From Candidatus Staskawiczbacteria bacterium (GTDB lineage: Bacteria > Patescibacteriota > Minisyncoccia > Minisyncoccales > Staskawiczbacteraceae): a stretch of DNA of 64,000 nucleotides. The stretch lies in contig JBAZYR010000002.1 in assembly GCA_041659225.1 (NCBI GenBank), positions 8,439-72,438 on the forward strand. The letters are read 5' to 3'. Position 1 is the first letter of the stretch. Each line of letters begins with the position of its first letter. Of the stretch, positions 10,174 to 18,216 are shown piece by piece. The position numbers were made by a program, and so were the translations under genes. The notes under the pieces are model-generated. The model worked only from the letters and a program-made list of their open reading frames with translations, had not been told where the DNA came from and did not search any database.

Positions 10174-10359
10174 TTACGTGGAGGAAGTGTCCGGTTTCAA
10201 GGCCTCGAGGGCACCGAGTCCGCGCGAGACCTCCTCAACCGTTGACACGATCTTGTCCGGGTCGCTGCCGTTCAAGATGAGTCGAATCGCCTCCACCCTG
10301 TCTTTGTCATCAACGCCCCAGGCACCGATGACTTTACGAATCGCCGACTCTGTCGTCAT
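10174..10359 (-). CDS. Hypothetical 61-aa protein on a short G+C-rich insert
   Basis: AAGGAG lies 8 nt upstream of the ATG at 10359. A reverse-strand TTGACA-16-TATATT promoter sits at about 10405-10435. Local G+C is clearly above the flanks. Confidence 0.6.
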   Translation of the reverse strand: MTTESAIRKVIGAWGVDDKDRVEAIRLILNGSDPDKIVSTVEEVSRGLGALEALKPDTSST

Positions 10360-10452
10360 GGCCGAATCTCCTTTTGTTGTTGCGGGCGAAGAAACGTTCT
10401 TCGTCCAGTAGTATTAATATAGCATATGTTTAATTATTGTCAAAGTTAGTAT

Positions 10453-10481
10453 TTGACATTTCTATTTTCTCCCTGTATAGT
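10453..10481 (+). promoter_or_regulatory. Sigma-70-type promoter of the DEAD-box helicase gene
   Basis: TTGACA (10453-10458), 17-nt spacer, TATAGT (10476-10481). Leaves a leader of about 40 nt. Confidence 0.6.
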
Positions 10482-10524
10482 GAATACGTGGCCTTCAGAA
10501 AGCTTCTCGGCCGCATATTTTTTT

Positions 10525-11784
10525 ATGATTACAAAACAAACAGACAAACAGACAACTTGTGAACCTGAAATGACTTTCGGCGGTCTTGGCATAGCTCCGC
10601 AGCTTTTAGATGTGCTTGCACGGGCTGGATTCAAAACCCCGACTTCTATACAGCATAAAGCAATCCCGGCAGCTGCCGAGGGTAAGGATATTATTGGGAT
10701 AGCACAGACAGGTACAGGCAAAACCCTGGCTTTCGGTATCCCTTTAGTCCAAAGGCTTTTGAGCGCAGGGAAAGGAAAGGGTTTAATTATTCTGCCAACC
10801 AGGGAATTAGCCATACAGGTGAATGAAGCCATACAAAAATTAGGCAGGGGATTTGGCATTAGAACAGCGGTGTTGATTGGAGGATCTCCAATGTTTCACC
10901 AGCTAAGAGATATACGCCAAAACCCTCACCTAGTTATCGGAACTCCGGGAAGAATTATTGATCACATTGAACAAAAAACCTTGCGATTAAACGACGTTAC
11001 AATTCTAGTATTAGACGAAGCGGACCGAATGTTTGATATGGGTTTTGCCCCGCAAATAGCTAAAATATTGCAGGTAGTGCCTAAAGAAAGGCAAACTATG
11101 CTGTTTTCTGCAACAATGCCGGATGGCATTGTGAAGATAGCCAGCCATCACATGAAACTTCCGGTCAGGGTGGAAATAGCTGTTTCCGGAACTACAGCAG
11201 CCAACGTAGAACACGAGCTATTCGTAGTTAAGAAAGACCAAAAGATGCAACTGTTAAAGAAGGTGCTTTACGAAACTAAAGGAAGCGTTTTAATCTTTTT
11301 AAGAATTAAGTTCAGCGCAAAGAAGATTTGCGACGAATTAAGAAATATCGGAATTGCTGCAGCTGAAATACATTCTAACAGGTCTCTCCGCCAGAGAAGG
11401 GAAGCCTTAGAAGGATTCAAAATAGGAAAATACAGAGTGTTGGTGGCGACTGATATTGCTTCAAGGGGAATAGACGTAAAAGGCATTGAGTCGGTTATCA
11501 ACTTTGATCTTCCGGAAAACCCAGAGGACTATGTCCATCGTATTGGAAGAACAGGCAGAGCAGGAATGGGCGGGAAAGCCATCTCTTTTGTTCTGCCGGA
11601 TCAAGGATCCAAAGTACGGGAAATAGAAAGGCTAACTAGACTTTATCTACCAATCTCAAAGTTGCCCGATCTTTCAGCTATTCCTAAGTCTGCACCCGTT
11701 ACTCCGACAGGTTTCCGCCGAAGTGGTTATCGCCCGCATCGGGGCAAGCCTTCCGGAGGGTTCCCCTACAGCAAACGGAGATAA
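10525..11784 (+). CDS. DEAD-box ATP-dependent RNA helicase
   Basis: Motifs AQTGTGKT, PTRELA, DEAD, SAT and HRIGRTGRAG. The start is moved to the ATG at 10525 because the track start at 10453 is the -35 box. Confidence 0.9.
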   Translation: MITKQTDKQTTCEPEMTFGGLGIAPQLLDVLARAGFKTPTSIQHKAIPAAAEGKDIIGIAQTGTGKTLAFGIPLVQRLLSAGKGKGLIILPTRELAIQVNEAIQKLGRGFGIRTAVLIGGSPMFHQLRDIRQNPHLVIGTPGRIIDHIEQKTLRLNDVTILVLDEADRMFDMGFAPQIAKILQVVPKERQTMLFSATMPDGIVKIASHHMKLPVRVEIAVSGTTAANVEHELFVVKKDQKMQLLKKVLYETKGSVLIFLRIKFSAKKICDELRNIGIAAAEIHSNRSLRQRREALEGFKIGKYRVLVATDIASRGIDVKGIESVINFDLPENPEDYVHRIGRTGRAGMGGKAISFVLPDQGSKVREIERLTRLYLPISKLPDLSAIPKSAPVTPTGFRRSGYRPHRGKPSGGFPYSKRR

Positions 11785-11884
11785 ACAGAGTATCAGAATT
11801 AGCCCCTAGAGGGGCTTTTTTGATTTTAATAATAATTTAATTATTATATATTAACATTTAGATATAATTAATATTAATAAATTT

Positions 11885-12031
11885 ATGCTTTTAGAAATAG
11901 GTATCGTTTTGGTAGTGCTCTGGCTTCTTGGCTTTGCGTTCTACCCATTAGGCGGCTTAATCCACATACTTTTAGTTGTGGCTATAATCGCTATTGTTTG
12001 GAATTTGATAAGTGGACGAAAGATTACATAA
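11885..12031 (+). CDS. Small membrane protein (48 aa), lmo0937-like family
   Basis: Not in the ORF track (<60 aa). Translation is MLLEIGIVLVVLWLLGFAFYPLGGLIHILLVVAIIAIVWNLISGRKIT, two TM helices with a C-terminal GR(K)xx tail typical of this small-protein family. Confidence 0.55.
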   Translation: MLLEIGIVLVVLWLLGFAFYPLGGLIHILLVVAIIAIVWNLISGRKIT

Positions 12032-12083
12032 AACCTTCGAATATATTTTGCGCCCAGAATAATTTTTTGTATACTCAAGAGAT

Positions 12084-13103
12084 ATGAGCAGGAAAATTTC
12101 TTTAATCCTAATTCTGATTACCTTTTGCTTCGTGATTTTAGTTATCGCATATGCGTCGTACCGATTTCAGAATCAAGCCAACATGCCGTCAGGCTGGGAA
12201 AAATATACGCAGATTAATGCGTTTACATTGTATCATCCGGCGGATTTTGCTATCCAGACAGGGGATACCGCGGGCGGGGGATATTTAAGGTTGCCATTGG
12301 TTAAAATGAGTTTCCCTGCAGGGGCCTTTAAAGACGAGGCTAAGACAAACTTAAGTGAAGTATTCTTAGTTATCAGCCAGGACAATAGTTCTAATTCCGG
12401 ATCTATCTGCGAAACATTTTCGGATTTTCCGAATATTTCTGGTTCAATTATTCAGACACAAACTATAAACGGAACAGTTTTCAAGGAGATGTCTGTTATC
12501 GATGCTGCGGCTGGCAATTTTTACGATAGCCGTATTTACCGGACTGTTTATGACGGCATCTGCTATGAGGCTGCTTTAGTTGTTCATACTGGGAATATTG
12601 ATAACTATCCTCCCGGGACGGTTCAGGAATTCGACAAAGAACCAGCATTCGCTGGGCTTAAGCAAGTTTTTGGTACGTTGAATTTCGATAAAGGGGCTGC
12701 TTGCACAACAGAGGCAAAGCTTTGTGCAGACGGTTCTAGCGTCGGTCGTATTCCGCCTAAATGTGATTTCTCACCTTGCCCGACAGAAACGTCGGGGATA
12801 AACGGGAATGTATTACTGGGTCCGATGTGTCCTGTGTCGCAAGACCCTCCTGATCCACAATGTTATGATAGACCGTATGCAACTGATTTGCTTATTTTTA
12901 AAAGTGACGATTTGCAGAAGGTGGTTCAAGAATTTCGATCAGATTCTGACGGTAAGTTCCGCATTCAGGTTCCGGAGGGAGAATATGTCATACAGTCATC
13001 GGCTTCGCCGGATTTGTTGCCGCGATGTTATAGTGAAGTTATAAGGGTTGAGGCTAACAAATATTCTGACATTACGGTTAATTGCGATACAGGCATTCGG
13101 TAA
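12084..13103 (+). CDS. Secreted/membrane-anchored hypothetical protein with C-terminal carboxypeptidase-regulatory-like beta-sandwich
   Basis: 339 aa. N-terminal TM/signal anchor and a Cys-rich middle region. The C-terminal segment SDSDGKFRIQVPEGEYVIQ is typical of CarboxypepD_reg-like folds. Confidence 0.55.
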   Translation: MSRKISLILILITFCFVILVIAYASYRFQNQANMPSGWEKYTQINAFTLYHPADFAIQTGDTAGGGYLRLPLVKMSFPAGAFKDEAKTNLSEVFLVISQDNSSNSGSICETFSDFPNISGSIIQTQTINGTVFKEMSVIDAAAGNFYDSRIYRTVYDGICYEAALVVHTGNIDNYPPGTVQEFDKEPAFAGLKQVFGTLNFDKGAACTTEAKLCADGSSVGRIPPKCDFSPCPTETSGINGNVLLGPMCPVSQDPPDPQCYDRPYATDLLIFKSDDLQKVVQEFRSDSDGKFRIQVPEGEYVIQSSASPDLLPRCYSEVIRVEANKYSDITVNCDTGIR

Positions 13104-13287
13104 TCTTGGTAAAAACGCGTTGAAATAGCGGTGAAAACCCTCGTCTTGAGTGGTTTTTTTATATCCTGCGCGATATAATAAAGCCGATATAGATAGGATT
13201 GATATTTGGGATTTTTACGTAATAAAATACGTATTAATGTAAGGATAACTGAGTGGCTTTTAAAGCCACGATTAGTTTAATTTTAAT

Positions 13288-14628
13288 ATGTCTGCAAACA
13301 ACGGAGATAAAGCCGGGGTTCTGAAAATATTCCAAAACAGCATAGGGTTATTCTCCGCTGTATTTTTGGCGTTAATCCCAGCGTTTCTTTGGTTTTTTAC
13401 ACAATCGATCAGTGCCAAGTTCACTGATTTTTCTTCGTGGTTGACTAGTATTGGTCAAATTACCGGATTAGTCGGCATGGCAATGATTTCTATAAATATT
13501 GTTCTCAGTAGCCGTCCGGTATTTCTTGATAGGTTTTTCAACGGCTTGAACACCCTTTATCGAGTTCATCATTATTTTGGCGTCATATCATTTCTACTTT
13601 TACTGGTGCATCCGCTTATTCTTGCAGGTTCCTATTTTACTTTTTCTGCAACAAGCGCTGGGTTGTTTCTGTTACCGAGCACGGATTTAGCCCGTAATTT
13701 TGGGATAGTCGCTATTCTGACAATGATGGTAATTATGAGTTTCACGGTTTTTAGCAAGGTGAAATATCAAATCTTAAAATTCATTCATGGGTTGATCGGA
13801 ATAACCTTTGTCTTTGGTGCTCTGCATACGTTTTTTGTGAAAAGCGATATTTCCCGGAATCCTTTTATCCACTGGTATATGCTGGCCCTTATGGCACTTG
13901 CCGCCTTTGTTTATTCCTACAAAACACTGTTCGGAAGGTTCTTGGTCATGAAATATGAATATCTAGTCAAGGAGGTTAATATCTTATCAGATAAGATAGT
14001 AGAGATTGTTATGTCTCCGGTGAAAAATCCAATTAAATATCTTCCGGGACAGTTTGTCTTTGTTAGCTTTCATGGTAAATTAATTAGCTCAGAGTCGCAT
14101 CCGTACTCGATTTCCTCTATACAGCCAGTCCGTGATTTACGTATTTTAGTGAAAGCGCTAGGGGATTATACATCTAAAATTAATAACTTATCACCGGGCA
14201 CGCGAGTAAAAGTTGAGGGGCCGTTTGGGAAACTATGCTACTCTACTATCGATAATAGAAATCAAATTTGGATCGCGGGCGGTATTGGAATTGCGCCATT
14301 TTTAGGAATGGCTAGAAATTTAAAAGTCGAAGGGGACGGTTATAAGATTGATCTATATTATTGTACTGACGACCAAAAAGAGATTGTTTTTTTAAATGAG
14401 TTTCACGCACTAATGGCTGATCGTCCGGGTTTTAAATTTATTTCTTTTTGCCAAAATAAAGATGGGCTTATAGACGTAGCGAAAATTATGTCGATAAGTC
14501 ACTCAATAAATGATAAGGACATATTTATTTGCGGTCCTCCATCAATGATAAATAGCCTGAGAAAACAACTGTTACGTATCCGGGTTCCTAAAAGTCAAAT
14601 ACATTCCGAAGAATTTAAACTTTTATAA
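13288..14628 (+). CDS. NOX/ferric-reductase-like transmembrane flavocytochrome (FRD domain + FAD/NAD(P)H-binding domain)
   Basis: 446 aa. Two His pairs 13 residues apart in TM helices (HHYFGVISFLLLLVH; HGLIGITFVFGALH). FAD motif HPYSISS, NAD(P)H motifs GGIGIAPF and CGPPSM. Confidence 0.8.
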   Translation: MSANNGDKAGVLKIFQNSIGLFSAVFLALIPAFLWFFTQSISAKFTDFSSWLTSIGQITGLVGMAMISINIVLSSRPVFLDRFFNGLNTLYRVHHYFGVISFLLLLVHPLILAGSYFTFSATSAGLFLLPSTDLARNFGIVAILTMMVIMSFTVFSKVKYQILKFIHGLIGITFVFGALHTFFVKSDISRNPFIHWYMLALMALAAFVYSYKTLFGRFLVMKYEYLVKEVNILSDKIVEIVMSPVKNPIKYLPGQFVFVSFHGKLISSESHPYSISSIQPVRDLRILVKALGDYTSKINNLSPGTRVKVEGPFGKLCYSTIDNRNQIWIAGGIGIAPFLGMARNLKVEGDGYKIDLYYCTDDQKEIVFLNEFHALMADRPGFKFISFCQNKDGLIDVAKIMSISHSINDKDIFICGPPSMINSLRKQLLRIRVPKSQIHSEEFKLL

Positions 14629-14632
14629 AAAA

Positions 14633-15397
14633 ATGAGAAAAATAATTATCGTTTCCTTAGCAGTTTTCTGGTTAGCTGTTCTTGGTATATTTGGTAGCGG
14701 TTTAATGCTGAAAACCGAGATACAATCTGTTTCTAGCAATACAACTTCTGCCATGGACGCTTCTACGCTATCTGAGCAAATCGTCAGCACGCATAACAAA
14801 CAAAATGATTGCTGGATGATTATATCGGGAAAAGTTTATGATTTTACTGAATATTTACCGATTCATCCTGGAGGGGCAGAAACCGTTATCTCGTATTGCG
14901 GGAAAGATGCGACTGTCGCCTTTTTGACAAAAGATCAAAATCCAGGGAAACCCCATTCGGAATATGCTCAAAGTTTGTTTGACCAATATTATGTGGGTGA
15001 ATTGGGGCTGAAAAAACCAGTTGTTTCTTTGGCAGATCCTAGTTCGAATAATCCAGGCGTTCCTGCTAAAATAAATACAGAAAGCCCGTCGACTACTTCG
15101 CCAGGATACACCTCAGCTCAAGTGGCCGCTCATAATTCTGCTGGCAGTTGTTGGGTTATAATCGGCAGCAAGGTTTATAACGTCACTAATTATATACCCA
15201 GCCATCCTGGGGGAGTTGGGGCTATTCTTCCGTATTGTGGAAAAGACGGGACCGCGGCTTTTACTGGTTTGCCTCATTCTCAGAGCGCCGTTAACCTCCT
15301 TGCTTCTTATTTTGTTGGGAATTTCGGATCATCTACTATGCCACCTCCGCCGCCTATTATTCCACCAAGAGACGAACAGGATGATGACGACGACTAG
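14633..15397 (+). CDS. Membrane-anchored protein with two cytochrome b5-like heme-binding domains
   Basis: 254 aa. N-terminal signal anchor. Two copies of H-N-x4-CW-x-I-x-GKVY-[DN]-x-T-x-Y-x3-HPGG, a poly-Pro stretch and an acidic DEQDDDDD tail. Confidence 0.8.
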   Translation: MRKIIIVSLAVFWLAVLGIFGSGLMLKTEIQSVSSNTTSAMDASTLSEQIVSTHNKQNDCWMIISGKVYDFTEYLPIHPGGAETVISYCGKDATVAFLTKDQNPGKPHSEYAQSLFDQYYVGELGLKKPVVSLADPSSNNPGVPAKINTESPSTTSPGYTSAQVAAHNSAGSCWVIIGSKVYNVTNYIPSHPGGVGAILPYCGKDGTAAFTGLPHSQSAVNLLASYFVGNFGSSTMPPPPPIIPPRDEQDDDDD

Positions 15398-15422
15398 TTT
15401 TTAGACGTTGTTAATCATAATT

Positions 15423-15448
15423 AAAGACGCTGCAAAAGCGTCTTTTTT
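15423..15448 (+). terminator. Rho-independent terminator
   Basis: AAGACGC-TGCAAAA-GCGTCTT followed by TTTT. Confidence 0.7.
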
Positions 15449-15542
15449 CATATTTTTAACAAAAGATTAATGAGTGAGGTTTATAATAAAAAAATAGTTT
15501 GAGAAATGGTCGACCTCTAAAATAATTTTAAAGTTATAGACA

Positions 15543-16013
15543 ATGAACATTTTTTATTGGATAATTTTTTCCGCTCTAATTTTAGCCCTAATTTGTACGC
15601 TCGTATATATTCTTCTTTTCCAAAGCGTTGCGCCCGCTACCCCAAATACTTCTAATCCAAGCGCAGATTTGAAAGAGGCGGTAATCGATACAATAACTAT
15701 AAGTTCCGACTCAGTCTTGGGCCAATATCTTGTCGGCCCTGACAAGAAAACCCTATACCGCTTTACAAGCGATAGCTCTGGCATAAGCAACTGTTACGGC
15801 CAGTGTGCTATTACTTGGCCGCCTTTCTACTCTGACAAAGTCGTCGTGTCTGACCCCTTAAGCCTGGAGGATTTTCTTCCCATAATCCGAAGCGATGGTA
15901 ACGGACAAATTACTTATAAAGGTCAGCCGCTCTATTATTATGCCGGAGGTAATAATGCCGGAGACACAAATGGGCAAGGACTTGACGGTTTTTGGTTTAT
16001 TGTAAATCCGTAG
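15543..16013 (+). CDS. Secreted-repeat protein (Lipoprotein_15 / COG4315-like)
   Basis: 156 aa. N-terminal TM/signal. GQYLVGPDKKTLYRFTSDSSGISNCYGQCAITWPPF and GQPLYYYAGGNNAGDTNGQG match the Yx(F/Y)xxD secreted repeat. Confidence 0.7.
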   Translation: MNIFYWIIFSALILALICTLVYILLFQSVAPATPNTSNPSADLKEAVIDTITISSDSVLGQYLVGPDKKTLYRFTSDSSGISNCYGQCAITWPPFYSDKVVVSDPLSLEDFLPIIRSDGNGQITYKGQPLYYYAGGNNAGDTNGQGLDGFWFIVNP

Positions 16014-16146
16014 AATCGTAACAAAAAAGGTTGAAGATGCTATAAATTTTGTTATGATAGATAAAGAGCTGTATTTGTTGAAGCCATCAAGAGATCGCCT
16101 CAGGCGTTTTTTTAAGAATTAAAAACCTTACTTTGAGTTATTAAAT

Positions 16147-16812
16147 ATGCAAGATATTAATCAAGTAATCGAGGCAATCGAAGGGGAAATACGAGAATTA
16201 TTTTCCCGCGATAGTAGCGGCCATGATATATATCATTTAAAAAGGACTCTAAACATTGCAACGCATTTACAAGAGATAGAAGGTGGCGATAAAATGGTCG
16301 TCGCTATATCTGCCTTTGTGCACGACGTGCATCGAATTATTCAAAATAACACGGGGGAATATTGTTCACCGAAGGACTCTTTACCCATGATAGAAAAGAT
16401 ATTAAAAAAAGTCGGTTTAGACGAAAAAGTGATATCCGGCGTTCTCCACTGCGTGGAGTTTCACGAAGAGTACGGATTTTCTGAAAACGGAAAAACAGTT
16501 AAAGACAAGGAATCATTAATTATTCAAGACGCCGATAATTTAGATGCCATGGGAGCGGTTGGAGTTGCTCGCGCTTTTGCGTTTGCTGGCACTAAAAATA
16601 TACCTATGTGGCTTCCTGATTTACCCCTAGAACGGGAGACCTTCGATGAATGGGCCGCAGACCCATCCGAGATACATCACTTCTACAGCAAGCTTTTGAA
16701 ACTAAAAGATAATATGAATACGAACACTGCTAAGGAGATGGCGCAACGGAGGCATGAGTTTTTAGAGCATTTCCTTAGCGAATTTTTTTATGAGTGGGCG
16801 GGCAAGACTTGA
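16147..16812 (+). CDS. HD-domain phosphohydrolase
   Basis: 221 aa. H...HD (AFVHDVHR) and a downstream DADNLD motif. Confidence 0.75.
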   Translation: MQDINQVIEAIEGEIRELFSRDSSGHDIYHLKRTLNIATHLQEIEGGDKMVVAISAFVHDVHRIIQNNTGEYCSPKDSLPMIEKILKKVGLDEKVISGVLHCVEFHEEYGFSENGKTVKDKESLIIQDADNLDAMGAVGVARAFAFAGTKNIPMWLPDLPLERETFDEWAADPSEIHHFYSKLLKLKDNMNTNTAKEMAQRRHEFLEHFLSEFFYEWAGKT

Positions 16813-16847
16813 TTTTTTATAAAAGAACAAGCGAGTAGTACTCGCTT

Positions 16848-18185
16848 TTATTTACAATAGGAACGTAGTTCGCAAACATCATTGGGTATGGTAGTCCCAC
16901 AACCCGCTTTTATGTCCCCGCCGACTATTTTTCTTATTCTATACGCTAATTTAGCCTTCTGCAGTAAATCCGCGAATCTTTCTACATCGTCCGATGTTGT
17001 GTCCGGGACATCGTTTAGCGACCCTTTTTCCAGAGCCATCAGTTTAATCTCAAAAGGTCTTTGGCCGAAGAACGCTTTAAGGGATTCGACATCGCTTGCC
17101 GAATCATTTAATCCTTTCATCAGAATCCACGATACGGTTGTTATTCTGCCAGTTTTTTCGGTTATCTTCTGAAAAATATCCCGGAGTCCTATTAGTGAGT
17201 GACCAGTGGTTGCAGGCATAAGTCTTTCTCGCAATCCCGGGTTTAGAGAGTTGAGAGACCAATAGAATGTAATGGGCAAATGAATGTATTTTTCGAAGAA
17301 TAGTTGAAGATTTTTTTCGTGGCCTATCGTGGTCATAATGAACGATAAATCGACGCCTTCAAGCTGAGCAAGCAGTTCAACTGCGCGACAGCTGTTATCT
17401 AGATTCGAAAAGATGCAATCTCCTTCTGTGGTAAAGTTGATGACAAGCGTCTTCAACCCCTCGAAAGCACCCCTTGCGTGATAGCTTTCCATGCCGTAAA
17501 GGACCTGGGCTATTAGTTCATTAACAGACAGTTTTCTTACAAAGGGTCTTTTGCGACTTTGACAAAATTCGCACCGACCTGCACAACCGACAGCCGAGGC
17601 GATGCCTATCACGTTTCTCGTTTCGTTTTTACCACGGATGTTATATACATCCCACACAATTGAAGCCCCATCTTCTTCTAGCAACCCTTCCAAACGTTCG
17701 GCTCCTCCACCGACTCTGTTAAACAATCTTATGGCTTTCTGGCGGGGAAGCAGACTTTGCATGACGGCGAACTGCTTCTGTCTTTGCTTATGTGGCTTTT
17801 GTTTGTTCCAGACAGCGTTAGATATTGCTTCATGCAGTACCGAATCGTCAAATGATTTATCGATGCAATCATCTGCGATTGCAGTAACTTCAGGCTTCAA
17901 GCGGTAAATCGATGGTTCTGAAGTAATCAAGATGATAGCCATATCAGGATCGACTCTTCGGTACCATCGCGCAACCTCGAATCCTTGTACGCCCAAATTA
18001 AGATTAACATCAATTAACGCGCAGTCGAACCTGGACGTGGCCATCAGTTTATTCGCCGTTTCGGTGTTTGTCGTGCCGTAAACGTCGAAATTTTCCCTAA
18101 GACATGCTTTAAGTCCCGCTAGAGAAACGGGGTGGTCATCTAAAACTAGAACTTTTATCGGACCGGGGTTAGCATCGGTCGCCAT
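16848..18185 (-). CDS. Response-regulator receiver domain fused to an RlmN/Cfr-like radical SAM domain
   Basis: 445 aa. REC features: VLVLDDHP, ALIDVNL (phospho-acceptor Asp), ILITSE and CIDKSF. C-terminal features: GCAGRCEFCQS (CxxxCxxC), RKLSVNELIAQV and RKIVGGDIKAGCGT, collinear with E. coli RlmN (GCALECKFCST ... RKTRGDDIDAACGQL). AAGGAGG lies 8 nt upstream of the ATG. Confidence 0.8.
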   Translation of the reverse strand: MATDANPGPIKVLVLDDHPVSLAGLKACLRENFDVYGTTNTETANKLMATSRFDCALIDVNLNLGVQGFEVARWYRRVDPDMAIILITSEPSIYRLKPEVTAIADDCIDKSFDDSVLHEAISNAVWNKQKPHKQRQKQFAVMQSLLPRQKAIRLFNRVGGGAERLEGLLEEDGASIVWDVYNIRGKNETRNVIGIASAVGCAGRCEFCQSRKRPFVRKLSVNELIAQVLYGMESYHARGAFEGLKTLVINFTTEGDCIFSNLDNSCRAVELLAQLEGVDLSFIMTTIGHEKNLQLFFEKYIHLPITFYWSLNSLNPGLRERLMPATTGHSLIGLRDIFQKITEKTGRITTVSWILMKGLNDSASDVESLKAFFGQRPFEIKLMALEKGSLNDVPDTTSDDVERFADLLQKAKLAYRIRKIVGGDIKAGCGTTIPNDVCELRSYCK

Positions 18186-18216
18186 GGGTATTGCCTCCTT
18201 TGTTTGCTTTTTCCCA

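Noticed and set aside
10148-10411. A plus-strand 87-aa ORF with a TTG start.
   Set aside because: It has no SD or promoter on that strand. The minus-strand 61-aa ORF has a consensus promoter, AAGGAG at the correct spacing and an ATG.
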